The notes beneath the pieces are model-generated. The model was not told the DNA's origin and did not search any database. It worked only from the letters and a program-made list of their open reading frames with translations. Below, piece after piece: positions 15,846-25,324 of a stretch of DNA of 25,324 nucleotides. Numbering within the stretch: position 1 is the stretch's first letter; every line of letters begins with the position of its first letter. The position numbers were made by a program, and so were the translations under genes. Source of the stretch: a virus (taxonomy: Duplodnaviria; Caudoviricetes); the IMG/VR virus record IMGVR_UViG_3300011438_000038, positions 1 through 25,324 of that record; one strand, written 5' to 3'.

Positions 15846-16830
15846 AACGGCCTTGCCAAGAGTTTTAAGTAACCTTGGCAACGACAAGCTTATTCCGGAT
15901 ATGGAATCAGCGGAATATAAATGGCTGGTGCCGGTTACCGGTTTTGATCTTTACGATGATTTTAATACCAAGGTAAATACAGATCCGCCTGCAGATCTTA
16001 ATGAAGATGAAACGGCTCTGCTAAAAAAAATGCGGACCGTGGTCTGTATAGGCGCTTACCTGGATGACCTTGGCACCGACAGTGCAAAGATCACTGATAG
16101 TGGTCTGCGTAGTACAGAGAGTGCTAATATGCCCCGGGTAGTTGGTTGGCAATATAAAGAGCTGAAAAATTCCCTTCAATCAAAACTTTTTGATGCCATA
16201 GAAGCCCTGCTTAAATTTTTATTTGAGAAAAAAGATTCATTCAATCTATGGACTGATTGCGACGAATATAAAAGCCTCAATGGGCTCTTAATTAAAACCG
16301 GGCAGGATTTTGATGCACACTATAAACTTTTTCAGCCATTACGTACATTTTATTCTCTTAAAAATTTGATTGATGAAGTGCAGACCGATCTTATTAAACC
16401 AGCGATCGGCGAAGAATTATTACAGTGGCTGATGGATATTATAGCGCCTGATGATGATCAAAAAAATATCATCAAGTTGCTAAAAAAGTCGATCGCTTAT
16501 ATGACCATTAAAAAAGCCTGTCAGCATTATAGTGTACGATTTGATTCAAATGGTTTTACGGTGCTATCACAAAACGGGGATCCTGAAAATTCAGAAACTG
16601 CCGGTAGAACCGAAACTAATCTTCCTTTATTTGAAATGAAAATGAAAGCATGTGAAGAAGATTCTATTACTTATTTAACCAAGGCAAGAAAAGCGCTTCT
16701 CGACCTTAGAGAACAAAGCAGCAATGATGATTTTAATACCGCCTATGATGATGGACCATTAAAAGATTATGATGGCAGTGCAACCCGGGTACGCGGTAAT
16801 GACATCAGAACAGGTATTTTTCGTTTTTAA
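15814..16830 (+). CDS. Putative head-tail adaptor/connector protein
   Basis: Start reassigned to ATG 15814 (MAIIRT). Helical, directly after portal, appears internally duplicated (WLVPVTGFDL / LIKPAIGEEL). Confidence 0.55.
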   Translation: MAIIRTAAEAKTALPRVLSNLGNDKLIPDMESAEYKWLVPVTGFDLYDDFNTKVNTDPPADLNEDETALLKKMRTVVCIGAYLDDLGTDSAKITDSGLRSTESANMPRVVGWQYKELKNSLQSKLFDAIEALLKFLFEKKDSFNLWTDCDEYKSLNGLLIKTGQDFDAHYKLFQPLRTFYSLKNLIDEVQTDLIKPAIGEELLQWLMDIIAPDDDQKNIIKLLKKSIAYMTIKKACQHYSVRFDSNGFTVLSQNGDPENSETAGRTETNLPLFEMKMKACEEDSITYLTKARKALLDLREQSSNDDFNTAYDDGPLKDYDGSATRVRGNDIRTGIFRF

Positions 16831-17615
16831 TGACAATTATTGAAATAAATAAAAGACTCTATACCGTTCCAACATGTTGGAACGAACTCACCAGACGGCA
16901 GTTGCTGGATGTGATGAAAATTATTTATTCTCCCCTTTTATTTACCATTGAAGCTGCATATTTAAAACTACTCAAGACAATTACCGGCATGGGCTGGTAT
17001 CATTTTTTTTCTGCACCCATTACTGAGCTTGAAGAATATTTATACCTGGTCGATTTTCTTTTTAAAGAAAATGAACTGGTAAAACAAGTAATACCGGTTT
17101 ATAAAAACATGTATGGTCCGGCCGATGATTTCAATAACCTCATTATGGCCGAGTTTATTTTTACAGAAGATATTTACTTAAAGTTCTGTGATAGCAAAAA
17201 AGAAGATATTAATCTTCTTGATCAATTGGTTGCTATTCTCTACAGGCCCACAAAAAAAGCCTATGATCATAAATTAAATAAAGATGGGGATCCGCGAATG
17301 CCCTTTAATGAAAATATTTGTATTTATAATGCAAAAAAATGTGTTCGCCGGTGGCCAGCCAATGTAAAGCACGCCATACTTCATTGGTACCAGGGCTGCC
17401 AGCAAAAACTCATTAATGAAATAAAAGAATTCAGCACCGGTGATGAGGGAGACCCGGCTAAATATGGTCTGCTCAGTGTAATGCGCAGTATTGCTGAAAA
17501 AGGTATTCATGGCGATTTTGAAAAAGTTGAAAAGATGTATGTACGCATGTGGGTAATGGAGCTTAGTGAAATGTCTGAGGAAACAAAAAGAATAAAAGCA
17601 TCAATTAAATCATGA
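16830..17615 (+). CDS. Hypothetical phage protein (possible tail assembly chaperone)
   Basis: N-terminal PTCWNELT motif, LVAILYRP motif, coupled by TAATG overlap. Confidence 0.6.
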   Translation: MTIIEINKRLYTVPTCWNELTRRQLLDVMKIIYSPLLFTIEAAYLKLLKTITGMGWYHFFSAPITELEEYLYLVDFLFKENELVKQVIPVYKNMYGPADDFNNLIMAEFIFTEDIYLKFCDSKKEDINLLDQLVAILYRPTKKAYDHKLNKDGDPRMPFNENICIYNAKKCVRRWPANVKHAILHWYQGCQQKLINEIKEFSTGDEGDPAKYGLLSVMRSIAEKGIHGDFEKVEKMYVRMWVMELSEMSEETKRIKASIKS

Positions 17616-18121
17616 GCGATTTTCAATTCAAGGATTTTGAAGATTATCTGGAGCAATTAAGCGTGGAGAATAAGGATGTGGCACATACCAGCAATGGCCA
17701 GGTTTGCTTTAGCCGGCTGCGCAGTGCCGAAGAAGTAAACCAGATAATTAATAATGCAGGTAAGAATATTGTTTTACTGGGGCGATTCAGTGGCCGGGCC
17801 ATTGGAGAACTGCAGGAGCAGGGCATGCGGCAATTTGCAGTAATACGCTTTGCCTGTTTTGCAGAAAATAATGATGGAGATATCAGCGACGGTATTGATA
17901 ACGCTATTCAGCAAGCCTGGGATATTATGTGGCAATTCGTGGCACGCATGAGAAAAGATCAAAAAGATGATGATTGCGGCCCATTGGATGGGGTAGAACT
18001 TGAAAATATAAGCTGGGATGAGATTGACGAGCCGATTTACCTGGAGCATCATTATGGCTGGGATCTTACTCTTCCTTTCAGATCGATGCAACCAATGTAT
18101 GATGCAGATAAATGGAATTAA
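17612..18121 (+). CDS. Putative tail terminator-like protein
   Basis: 169 aa, acidic alpha/beta pattern ending YGWDLTLPF, ATGA overlap with the upstream gene. Confidence 0.45.
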   Translation: MSDFQFKDFEDYLEQLSVENKDVAHTSNGQVCFSRLRSAEEVNQIINNAGKNIVLLGRFSGRAIGELQEQGMRQFAVIRFACFAENNDGDISDGIDNAIQQAWDIMWQFVARMRKDQKDDDCGPLDGVELENISWDEIDEPIYLEHHYGWDLTLPFRSMQPMYDADKWN

Positions 18122-18145
18122 TTAATCCACTTATAATAAAATACT

Positions 18146-18739
18146 ATGACAACGATAATAAGTGTTATCGGAATATTTACAGTTACAAGAGGCCAACAGG
18201 TTGATCAATTTGTAGAAGTGGAAGCAGAATATCATTTTAGCGGCGACGGTAAACGCATGTTTCTGAGATGCTGGGGTAAAAAATTTACGAGAAGTTACAA
18301 TATGCTTCTACGGGAATTAGAAATAAATGAAACCACACCGGCGAATGCCGCTGAAGCAACAACATTAATTGATGCTGCATTATCTGAAGCAGCTGATTTG
18401 GGCGGTGGTGGTTCATCATACTTGGTTTATACTGCTTTACTAACTCAAACAAACTTGAACGCGCCAATAGAAGTTACTGTATTTGAAAATACATTAGGAA
18501 ATGCTTTGATTTATACCTATGATTATGAAGGTGGTTATAATGCAACTATTCCCGGTGGGTTTGATAGAGACAAAACTTTTGTCAATTTGCAAAATACTGC
18601 TGGAGCAGCAAATACAATGGCAGCCTTTATAGGTGTTGATGGCAGATTGTATATAGAAACCACAAATGGAACCGGAACATTTACTTATGCTAATAATGTA
18701 TTAACCAAATCGTCAATAGAAATCAGAGTATATCCTTAA
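18146..18739 (+). CDS. Two-domain virion accessory/fibre-like protein
   Basis: GGGGSS linker followed by a YLVYTALLTQ...ENTLG...IEIRVYP domain of the type seen at phage fibre C-termini. Confidence 0.55.
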   Translation: MTTIISVIGIFTVTRGQQVDQFVEVEAEYHFSGDGKRMFLRCWGKKFTRSYNMLLRELEINETTPANAAEATTLIDAALSEAADLGGGGSSYLVYTALLTQTNLNAPIEVTVFENTLGNALIYTYDYEGGYNATIPGGFDRDKTFVNLQNTAGAANTMAAFIGVDGRLYIETTNGTGTFTYANNVLTKSSIEIRVYP

Positions 18740-18749
18740 CCCATAAATA

Positions 18750-20567
18750 ATGGCTATACAAATATTAAGGAGGCCTTATGAATATAGCTGGAGCGGTAAC
18801 CCGGTTCATTATCGGCTATTTAGCCAGAATGCTGCCGATGATAGTAGCATTTTTTTTGAAGTTAAAATACTCTTTAAAAAAATAACGGATGGTGTATATG
18901 CAGAAATAATTACGCTGCCTTATTTTCCTGTTGCCGGTATTGCTGATATCAATATCCAGGATGTGCTGGATAGTAAACTGGAATTTAATACTCCCGCATT
19001 TAATGTTGATGAACGATTAGAAACTGAGGCCCCTGGACAAACAGCCAATTATTATATTCAGTTTAGAGAGATAGTGGTGGTTGATTCGGATCCTACCTGG
19101 GATGATAGCGAATCTTATTTTAACAGAAATATTTTAAAGGGGGGCATTGATTATTTCAAATGGCGCGGCAATAATTTCTGGATAAACTATTATGATAGCC
19201 AGATGCCTTTTTTAACCTGGCAGAAGTCAAACAGACTTGCCTCTTTAACTGAAAGAATGTATTTGCTATGGTTCAATAAAACCAATGCTTCTGCTCTTAA
19301 AACTCACATCAATATTGTTTATACCGATGCAAGTGTTCAACAATTGGATAAAGCTCTGACTGTTCATAAGAATAATGTTGTATTTATACCCGCAGGCGCT
19401 ACTCAATGGAGCCTTCCGGATGAACATCCCGATAGAAAAATTTATTATTGGAACCTTCAAGTAATAGATAATGCAGATCAACCGGTATCAGAATTATTTA
19501 CTTACTATGCAGATAACCGCAATGATTATAATGATATTACACTGAATTATCGCGGAAGTCTTGGTGGTCTTGATAGCGTCAGGATCCGGGGAATCATCGA
19601 GCATGATCTTAATTATGAATTTGAGGAGCAGGATAAAACATTTGAACCTGATTATTTTGATGGTGATGTAATTGATGGAAAAAGGGTCATCAATAATAGT
19701 AAAGAAAGAAAAATTTATAAAGGTGATATCGGTTACCTAAAAAAAGAAGATCAGGATCGTTTCAGAGATAGCCATTTAAGGAGAGATATGTGGTGGGAAA
19801 GAAATAAGAAATGGTGGCCAGTGATCGTACTCACACCCAGCCAAAAACAAAAAACATCAGAAGATCATCTATGGAGTTTTCCTATACAATTTACACTCGG
19901 AAGTGATGGGGATAATTATTATACTCCGGATACAATAGACCTCGGGGATGGAGTATTTACGAGCAATGTATGTCTGGCCAGGCTCGGGAACATAGAAATC
20001 GATATAGATATCTCCGGAGCGGATGCTGCTATAGTCATCAATGCTACAGAAATAGATCCACAGGATGCATCCACGCAGTTCTATTATCAGATTCTGGGTG
20101 TTGATGCCGATCCCATTTTGTATGACACGTTCAGCCTGCCCATTCTAAGAAATATTCCAAAAGGGATTGTTTATATTGTTGAATTCAGATGTATATGCGG
20201 ACCAAACGATATACCTGGTAATAAAACGAGCGCTCAAATAGATACAACAGAAGAGGGTGGTGGTGGCGGCGGTGGCGGAACTCATGAATGTTTCCTTGGC
20301 AATGGCACAAATACCGCCAGTAATTATACAATCAAGATAGATGATATAGAGCGGGATAATGGTTTTGTAGGAGAACTTGGAGTTGACAGTTTCTTTTTAC
20401 TTGATTATGTGAATGTGAAATTGACTGTGATATTTGATAGCATTGAATGGCCTTCTTCTGCATCAATGACAAGTAACGGAAATACTTATACAGGTTCCAT
20501 TGTTCATAACCAGGTATTTTTCTTTAATGTTGATATAACCAATGGCTGCGAAATAAATATTAGCTAA
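18750..20567 (+). CDS. Putative minor tail/tail-tip structural protein
   Basis: 605 aa, beta-rich, YRGSLGGLDS motif, Gly8 linker before a terminal beta domain. Confidence 0.6.
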   Translation: MAIQILRRPYEYSWSGNPVHYRLFSQNAADDSSIFFEVKILFKKITDGVYAEIITLPYFPVAGIADINIQDVLDSKLEFNTPAFNVDERLETEAPGQTANYYIQFREIVVVDSDPTWDDSESYFNRNILKGGIDYFKWRGNNFWINYYDSQMPFLTWQKSNRLASLTERMYLLWFNKTNASALKTHINIVYTDASVQQLDKALTVHKNNVVFIPAGATQWSLPDEHPDRKIYYWNLQVIDNADQPVSELFTYYADNRNDYNDITLNYRGSLGGLDSVRIRGIIEHDLNYEFEEQDKTFEPDYFDGDVIDGKRVINNSKERKIYKGDIGYLKKEDQDRFRDSHLRRDMWWERNKKWWPVIVLTPSQKQKTSEDHLWSFPIQFTLGSDGDNYYTPDTIDLGDGVFTSNVCLARLGNIEIDIDISGADAAIVINATEIDPQDASTQFYYQILGVDADPILYDTFSLPILRNIPKGIVYIVEFRCICGPNDIPGNKTSAQIDTTEEGGGGGGGGTHECFLGNGTNTASNYTIKIDDIERDNGFVGELGVDSFFLLDYVNVKLTVIFDSIEWPSSASMTSNGNTYTGSIVHNQVFFFNVDITNGCEINIS

Positions 20568-22345
20568 TGCTGGGAATAAAAATAAACGGAGAATTTTTAG
20601 ATATCGCTCCCGGCTTGCAATTAGAACTGGAGAGCCAGAATCCTTTACTTGAATTTAATGATGAGATCTCGGGCGAATTTTCTCTTCCATTTGAAGTGGC
20701 ATCATCATCAAAAAATCTGCGTTTATTAAATTATGCTGGTTTATTACAAAAAAAAGTAGGGCTTATAGGAATTCCCTCGGAGCTTTATGATAATGGCCTT
20801 CAAGTTAGTGTGGGAAAAATTAAGATAGAAAAACCGACTCATAATTTAAACAGCACCGGTGAAGGGAAAATAAGTTGTTATTATCTAACGGGTAGTAGTA
20901 GTTTTTTCCAGGATATTAAAGACAAAAAATTGCGCGATATTGATGTAGGCGGCGATCGTAGTTTTGATTGGGATGATTTTGATGTAAATGGAGCCGGCTT
21001 TTGGGGTCATATTCATGCGGTATTAAATGCAGGCACCGGCTATGAAACCAGCAATTATGATTATGCATTTTTTCCTGTGATCAATAAAGGATGGCCTAGT
21101 GCCATTTTTGAATTTGATGAAGTAATGAACTATGTCGCCCTGGGCGGATCCGGAGGACCCGAGTTCTTGCCTGGAGGCTTTTTAAACATACCAGCCAATA
21201 GAATAATACCCTTTCCTTATCTGAAGTATATTATGATTAAGGCAGCCGAATTTGTGGGCTGGAAAATTGATGGCGATATTTTTAATGATGTGGATTTTTG
21301 TAAAGTCACAATGATAAATTTCCGGGCAATCAATTGGGCTGGCTATCGGGTGGTATTACCGGATCCTTACCGAAATGATCCAATTGATCCGGTAATATTC
21401 AATTTAAAGGATCATTTACCGGATATAATGATTTCCCGATTTTTTATCCAGCTTAGAAAACGATTTGCCTGGTGGTATGAATTTGATAAAGTCAATAAGA
21501 TCATAAGAATAAAAAAATTGGCTAACGTAGTTAATGTAGGTGTAAAAAATTTCACCAAGTATTCCAACCCTATAATAATTAAAAAAGTAAATCAAGAAAA
21601 GAAGATTTATGCTTTGAAAAATGTTTTTATTGGTGATATTGCTGATGGAGCTCCCGATTTTAAGACTGTTTCTTTACAAGGTTTTGTTAATGAATTCGCC
21701 GATTTGCCGGCGCCGGATGAAACCATGTATGCATTTGTTTATTTAGTGATATCAGAAAATAATTTCTATATATGTATTCAGAATGTTACAACAGCAGCGT
21801 GGGAATGGGTTTTTTATACTTATAATATTTATGATTATCTGCCGGCGGATTCCACTGATGAGATAACAACTGAGGCCACGACTGTTGGCGTCGAATATTA
21901 CAATCCTTATTTGGACCTAATTCCCAGGATAGATTTGCAAGGTCAGTGGTTTGGGAGGGATGAAAATGAGGCTGAATGGAGCATTCACCTTGCTTTTTAT
22001 CATGGATTAAAGGATAATAAAGCTTTTGATCCTTATCCATATGCAAGCTCTCATGTTTATGATAGTAATTTTAATCTGGTAGCGAATTGGGCCTTAACGT
22101 TTGAATGCAAGAAATCTGATGGCACGGATGTGGGATTATATGCTTTATCATGGAAGCCAATCCTTGATCTTTTACAAAGCCCGGAAGAATTTGAGGCTAA
22201 TCTTAATCTTCCCTTATATGAATATTTGAAACTCAATTTTGGAGATCAGATAGTAATAGGTGGTGTAAAAATGTTAATAAAAGTTTTGAAGCCAAAGATT
22301 CCTTATTCCAAAACTATCGCTATTGAAACTGTAAGAATTATATGA
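20567..22345 (+). CDS. Putative tail hub/baseplate protein
   Basis: 592 aa. N-terminus IKINGEFLDI...NPLL...FSLPF is typical of siphovirus tail-tip proteins. Confidence 0.6.
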   Translation: MLGIKINGEFLDIAPGLQLELESQNPLLEFNDEISGEFSLPFEVASSSKNLRLLNYAGLLQKKVGLIGIPSELYDNGLQVSVGKIKIEKPTHNLNSTGEGKISCYYLTGSSSFFQDIKDKKLRDIDVGGDRSFDWDDFDVNGAGFWGHIHAVLNAGTGYETSNYDYAFFPVINKGWPSAIFEFDEVMNYVALGGSGGPEFLPGGFLNIPANRIIPFPYLKYIMIKAAEFVGWKIDGDIFNDVDFCKVTMINFRAINWAGYRVVLPDPYRNDPIDPVIFNLKDHLPDIMISRFFIQLRKRFAWWYEFDKVNKIIRIKKLANVVNVGVKNFTKYSNPIIIKKVNQEKKIYALKNVFIGDIADGAPDFKTVSLQGFVNEFADLPAPDETMYAFVYLVISENNFYICIQNVTTAAWEWVFYTYNIYDYLPADSTDEITTEATTVGVEYYNPYLDLIPRIDLQGQWFGRDENEAEWSIHLAFYHGLKDNKAFDPYPYASSHVYDSNFNLVANWALTFECKKSDGTDVGLYALSWKPILDLLQSPEEFEANLNLPLYEYLKLNFGDQIVIGGVKMLIKVLKPKIPYSKTIAIETVRII

Positions 22346-23010
22346 TTGAAGAAATAAAAACCTGGTTAAATACCGGCCGCAATTATACTATAGGCGTGAA
22401 ACTGTATGATCAATATGGCAAGGATAAAAAATTAAAGGCTGTATTTAATGAGGAGGTAAGTGAATTCAAGAAAAAAGCTCTTTTTGAAGCTCTCAAGAAA
22501 TTATTATCCGGAAAGCATCAAATGGATGATAAAGTTGAAAAAACAAAAGGAGAGGCTATTGAACATATTTCACTTTCTCAAAGTAAATGGCCGGCACAAA
22601 AAGATGAAGTGCTCGGCGCTCTTCAAGCTAAATGGAGGCCATTATTTTCGGAAATGATGAATCTCTGCAGTAGGATATATGATGTTGCCAAATTAGGTGA
22701 AATAGATTCTGGCCAGAAAGATGCCGCGGGCCGGATGGCACATAGGATCCTTGATCTTGATGATCAATGCGATGAAATATATGATCAACGTGATTATTAT
22801 TTGGAGCATAAATGCCTTCCTGAATCTGAAAAGCTAATGAGCCTGGTTGTAGATCCTAAAAAAATACCACTTGCTTTACAAAATGCTGAGCGCTACATAA
22901 GAGATTATAGGAATAGGCTTAAAATTAATCCTGAAAACGTAAATGCAGCCAATCAATTGAAAAAATGGGAATGGGCCCGGGATGAATATAAAAAAATATT
23001 ATGCCTTTAA
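22342..23010 (+). CDS. Hypothetical helical phage protein
   Basis: 222 aa, overlaps both neighbouring genes. Confidence 0.7.
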   Translation: MIEEIKTWLNTGRNYTIGVKLYDQYGKDKKLKAVFNEEVSEFKKKALFEALKKLLSGKHQMDDKVEKTKGEAIEHISLSQSKWPAQKDEVLGALQAKWRPLFSEMMNLCSRIYDVAKLGEIDSGQKDAAGRMAHRILDLDDQCDEIYDQRDYYLEHKCLPESEKLMSLVVDPKKIPLALQNAERYIRDYRNRLKINPENVNAANQLKKWEWARDEYKKILCL

Positions 23011-23627
23011 AAAGAACAAGACAATTCACACTCCACAAAAAAAGAGAAGCATTTACCGCCATTCTTCGGTTTATGACTAAAGAAGATGTATCCCTCACAA
23101 TAGAAGAAGAAAAAATACTTGGCAGGTGGATTTTCTGCGATGCTCTCCTCAGGCAAAAACTATATAATGAAGATACCATCATTGAAAAACTCATTGAAGC
23201 ATACACTATTTCAAAATTCACGGCAAGAAATGATATCAATTATACGCAACGCCTTTTTTCAAAATCCCGATCACTGATTAAAAAATATTTGATTCATCTG
23301 CATCTTGAACGAATTGATTCAGATATCCAAAATGCAAGGCAAAGAATATTTACAACAGATATTGATGAGAAAACCGGGAAAGTAGTTTTCAATTCAGCGG
23401 ATCCAAAAGAATTAATAGCATTAGCAAAACTTCATGAAGTCTATACATATACACTCAACTCAATACCGGAAGAGCAGGATAAAGACATTATGCCACCGCC
23501 TATTTTCCAATTTATCCTGGCGCCTGGTCAGGTAATTAATCGGGCCATGGAGCTTGAAGAAGCTTTAAAAAAAGCTGACATAATCATCATGAAAGAAGCA
23601 AATGGCATTTTTATAGCTGATGAATAA
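23001..23627 (+). CDS. Putative terminase small subunit
   Basis: 208 aa, helical with HTH-like YTISKFTARNDI, overlaps the start of the large terminase. Confidence 0.6.
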   Translation: MPLKRTRQFTLHKKREAFTAILRFMTKEDVSLTIEEEKILGRWIFCDALLRQKLYNEDTIIEKLIEAYTISKFTARNDINYTQRLFSKSRSLIKKYLIHLHLERIDSDIQNARQRIFTTDIDEKTGKVVFNSADPKELIALAKLHEVYTYTLNSIPEEQDKDIMPPPIFQFILAPGQVINRAMELEEALKKADIIIMKEANGIFIADE

Positions 23628-25269
23628 GACAAGAAATATAATAGAGCAACCGATAAAAGAGGTAGTTCTGCCGGCCCCGCATATGATGGCCCGGCTGATC
23701 AGCGCCAATGAGACATATATGCTGGCCAGCCGGGGGACGTTTAAAACCACAAAGGGTATCTCACTTTATTTGGTTGATCGAGTATATGAGATGCCAAGAA
23801 GCACTGGAGTAGCTATTGGTTTAAGCTTTGAACATTTAGGAGATAATACAATTCCACCTCTGCTGCAGGCCCTTGATGAATTTGGTTTTACTCATGGTGA
23901 TCACTATGTTATTGGCAAACCACCACCTAAAACTTGGCCAAAGCCATATCTCGGAGTTATCAATAACAAATTTGATCATGTAATGAGTTGGCATAACGGC
24001 ACAATTAAATATCTGGTTTCTCTGGTAAAAAAAGGAAGTGGCAATGGTATATCGGCTCAATGGGGCTATTTTGATGAAGCAAAACTTATGAATGAGAAAG
24101 AATTAATTGATGATATTTTTCCAATCTTCAGGGGTAATGAAGAAACTAAAAATAGGTTTCAATTTTGTTCCGGGTATCTTTCAAAGTTCTTTGCCACTGA
24201 TAAGAAAGCGGATCCTGTAAAAATAAAATGGCTTCTAAAAAAAAGGGCCAATCAAAATGATGAAATAATAAATATTGTTCTTACTCTGCAGCTGGAGCTT
24301 AATGAACTAAAGATAAAATATAATCAAGCTGGTATTAACAGGAGACAAATAATGCGGCCCCAAATTCATGCAATCGAAGTACGTTTAGCAAAACTTAGAT
24401 CAAATTTGGTTCATGTAGTTGAATTATCCGCTTATGATGTTGTATATGCACATGGGGAAAAATGGTTAAAGGATAAAAAGAGGAATACAAAACAATACGA
24501 TTTTGATATTACTTATGGCAATAAGGACCCAGATAAACCTGGAGAAGGTTTTTATCCTGATTTTGAAACTTCAATACATACTTATAATTCGGATATCGAT
24601 ATTGATCCGGGGAAGCCCTTTATTATAGCTGCTGATTATCAGCATAGCATAGCACCAATACCAATTTGTCAGATAACAAAGCTCCCAGGTAGAGACAAAA
24701 TCTCATTGAATTATGTCGATAATTTATATGCCATGCCTGATATTATAATAGACGAACTCTCCGAACAAGAGAAGAAACAGGTAGTTCAGGGTGGGTTACA
24801 AGAAGCTATTTCATTCTTCTGCGATAAGTATGCAAATCATTTTAATAAGAGGATCTTTTATGTATTTGATCAAACTGCAACTGGTAAGCGCGTGGATGCT
24901 GATGAATATTATATAATGGTAAAGAAGATCCTTAAAAAAAGAAAATGGAAGGTCATCGAAATATATACCATGCATCCACCTGGGCATTATCAAAAATACC
25001 AGGATACAAGAGAATGGTTGACTGGTAAAACAAAAATCCCTATCAAAATAAATGAGCGATGCATTAAATTAATCATTAGCATCACAGGGACCGGAGCAAT
25101 ATCAAAAGGGGGAGAGACAAAAAAAGATAAATCTTCTGAACAAGAGCCACTACTAGATCAATCAGAAACCACGCACTTCAGTGATGCCTTTGATATGATC
25201 AATCATGCAGTTCTAAAGCTTAATATGATTAAGAACTATTCATACAAATCAAAAATAAATATTAGATAG
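23620..25269 (+). CDS. terL: Terminase large subunit
   Basis: Walker A-like ASRGTFKT, Walker B YFDEAK, RNase H-like acidic motifs AADY, VFDQT and HFSDAFD. Confidence 0.88.
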   Translation: MNKTRNIIEQPIKEVVLPAPHMMARLISANETYMLASRGTFKTTKGISLYLVDRVYEMPRSTGVAIGLSFEHLGDNTIPPLLQALDEFGFTHGDHYVIGKPPPKTWPKPYLGVINNKFDHVMSWHNGTIKYLVSLVKKGSGNGISAQWGYFDEAKLMNEKELIDDIFPIFRGNEETKNRFQFCSGYLSKFFATDKKADPVKIKWLLKKRANQNDEIINIVLTLQLELNELKIKYNQAGINRRQIMRPQIHAIEVRLAKLRSNLVHVVELSAYDVVYAHGEKWLKDKKRNTKQYDFDITYGNKDPDKPGEGFYPDFETSIHTYNSDIDIDPGKPFIIAADYQHSIAPIPICQITKLPGRDKISLNYVDNLYAMPDIIIDELSEQEKKQVVQGGLQEAISFFCDKYANHFNKRIFYVFDQTATGKRVDADEYYIMVKKILKKRKWKVIEIYTMHPPGHYQKYQDTREWLTGKTKIPIKINERCIKLIISITGTGAISKGGETKKDKSSEQEPLLDQSETTHFSDAFDMINHAVLKLNMIKNYSYKSKINIR

Positions 25270-25324
25270 ATTGTTATAAATCATATTTCTATGATTTTAA
25301 GACATCCGTCGAACCTTTTGACAG

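Noticed and set aside
360-24993. Numerous minus-strand and nested ORFs in the six-frame track
   Set aside because: All are shadows of longer, coherent + strand phage genes and have no recognisable motifs.
1-25324. CRISPR array, DGR (RT, TR/VR), tRNA, integrase, tail sheath
   Set aside because: No spaced repeats, reverse transcriptase, adenine-variant repeat pair, cloverleaf, recombinase or sheath gene was recognised by eye.

Overview
A co-directional (+ strand) late region of a long-tailed (siphovirus-like) phage or prophage. The host is probably Bacteroidota, inferred from A-rich start contexts mostly lacking Shine-Dalgarno sequences, TAnnTTTG-like promoter boxes and signal peptides ending in A|Q. 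Gene order: fibre/adhesin-like genes (1-2222); membrane/lysis-like cluster (2250-4610); a 1534-bp non-autonomous IS1595-family element with two passenger genes (4611-6144, 24-bp imperfect inverted repeats, 8-bp target duplication ACATTTAA); head operon (S49 protease, scaffold, a signal-peptide protein, major capsid); tail tube, neck and tape measure; a SHOCT membrane moron; then a second operon with portal, connector and tail-tip genes, and the terminase genes last. Main observations: (i) genes in virion-structural positions carry Sec signal peptides, including the gene in the lambda-D decoration slot, which may indicate exported virion components added at or after lysis; (ii) an identical 16-bp motif begins 45 bp before the start codon of both late operons, a candidate activator-dependent promoter for near-leaderless mRNA; (iii) the IS has lost its catalytic core but keeps its cargo; (iv) the lysis cluster has no recognisable endolysin but has an unusual spanin candidate and a minimal PL14-like protein. 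All product calls come from motif recognition and synteny; no searches were run.
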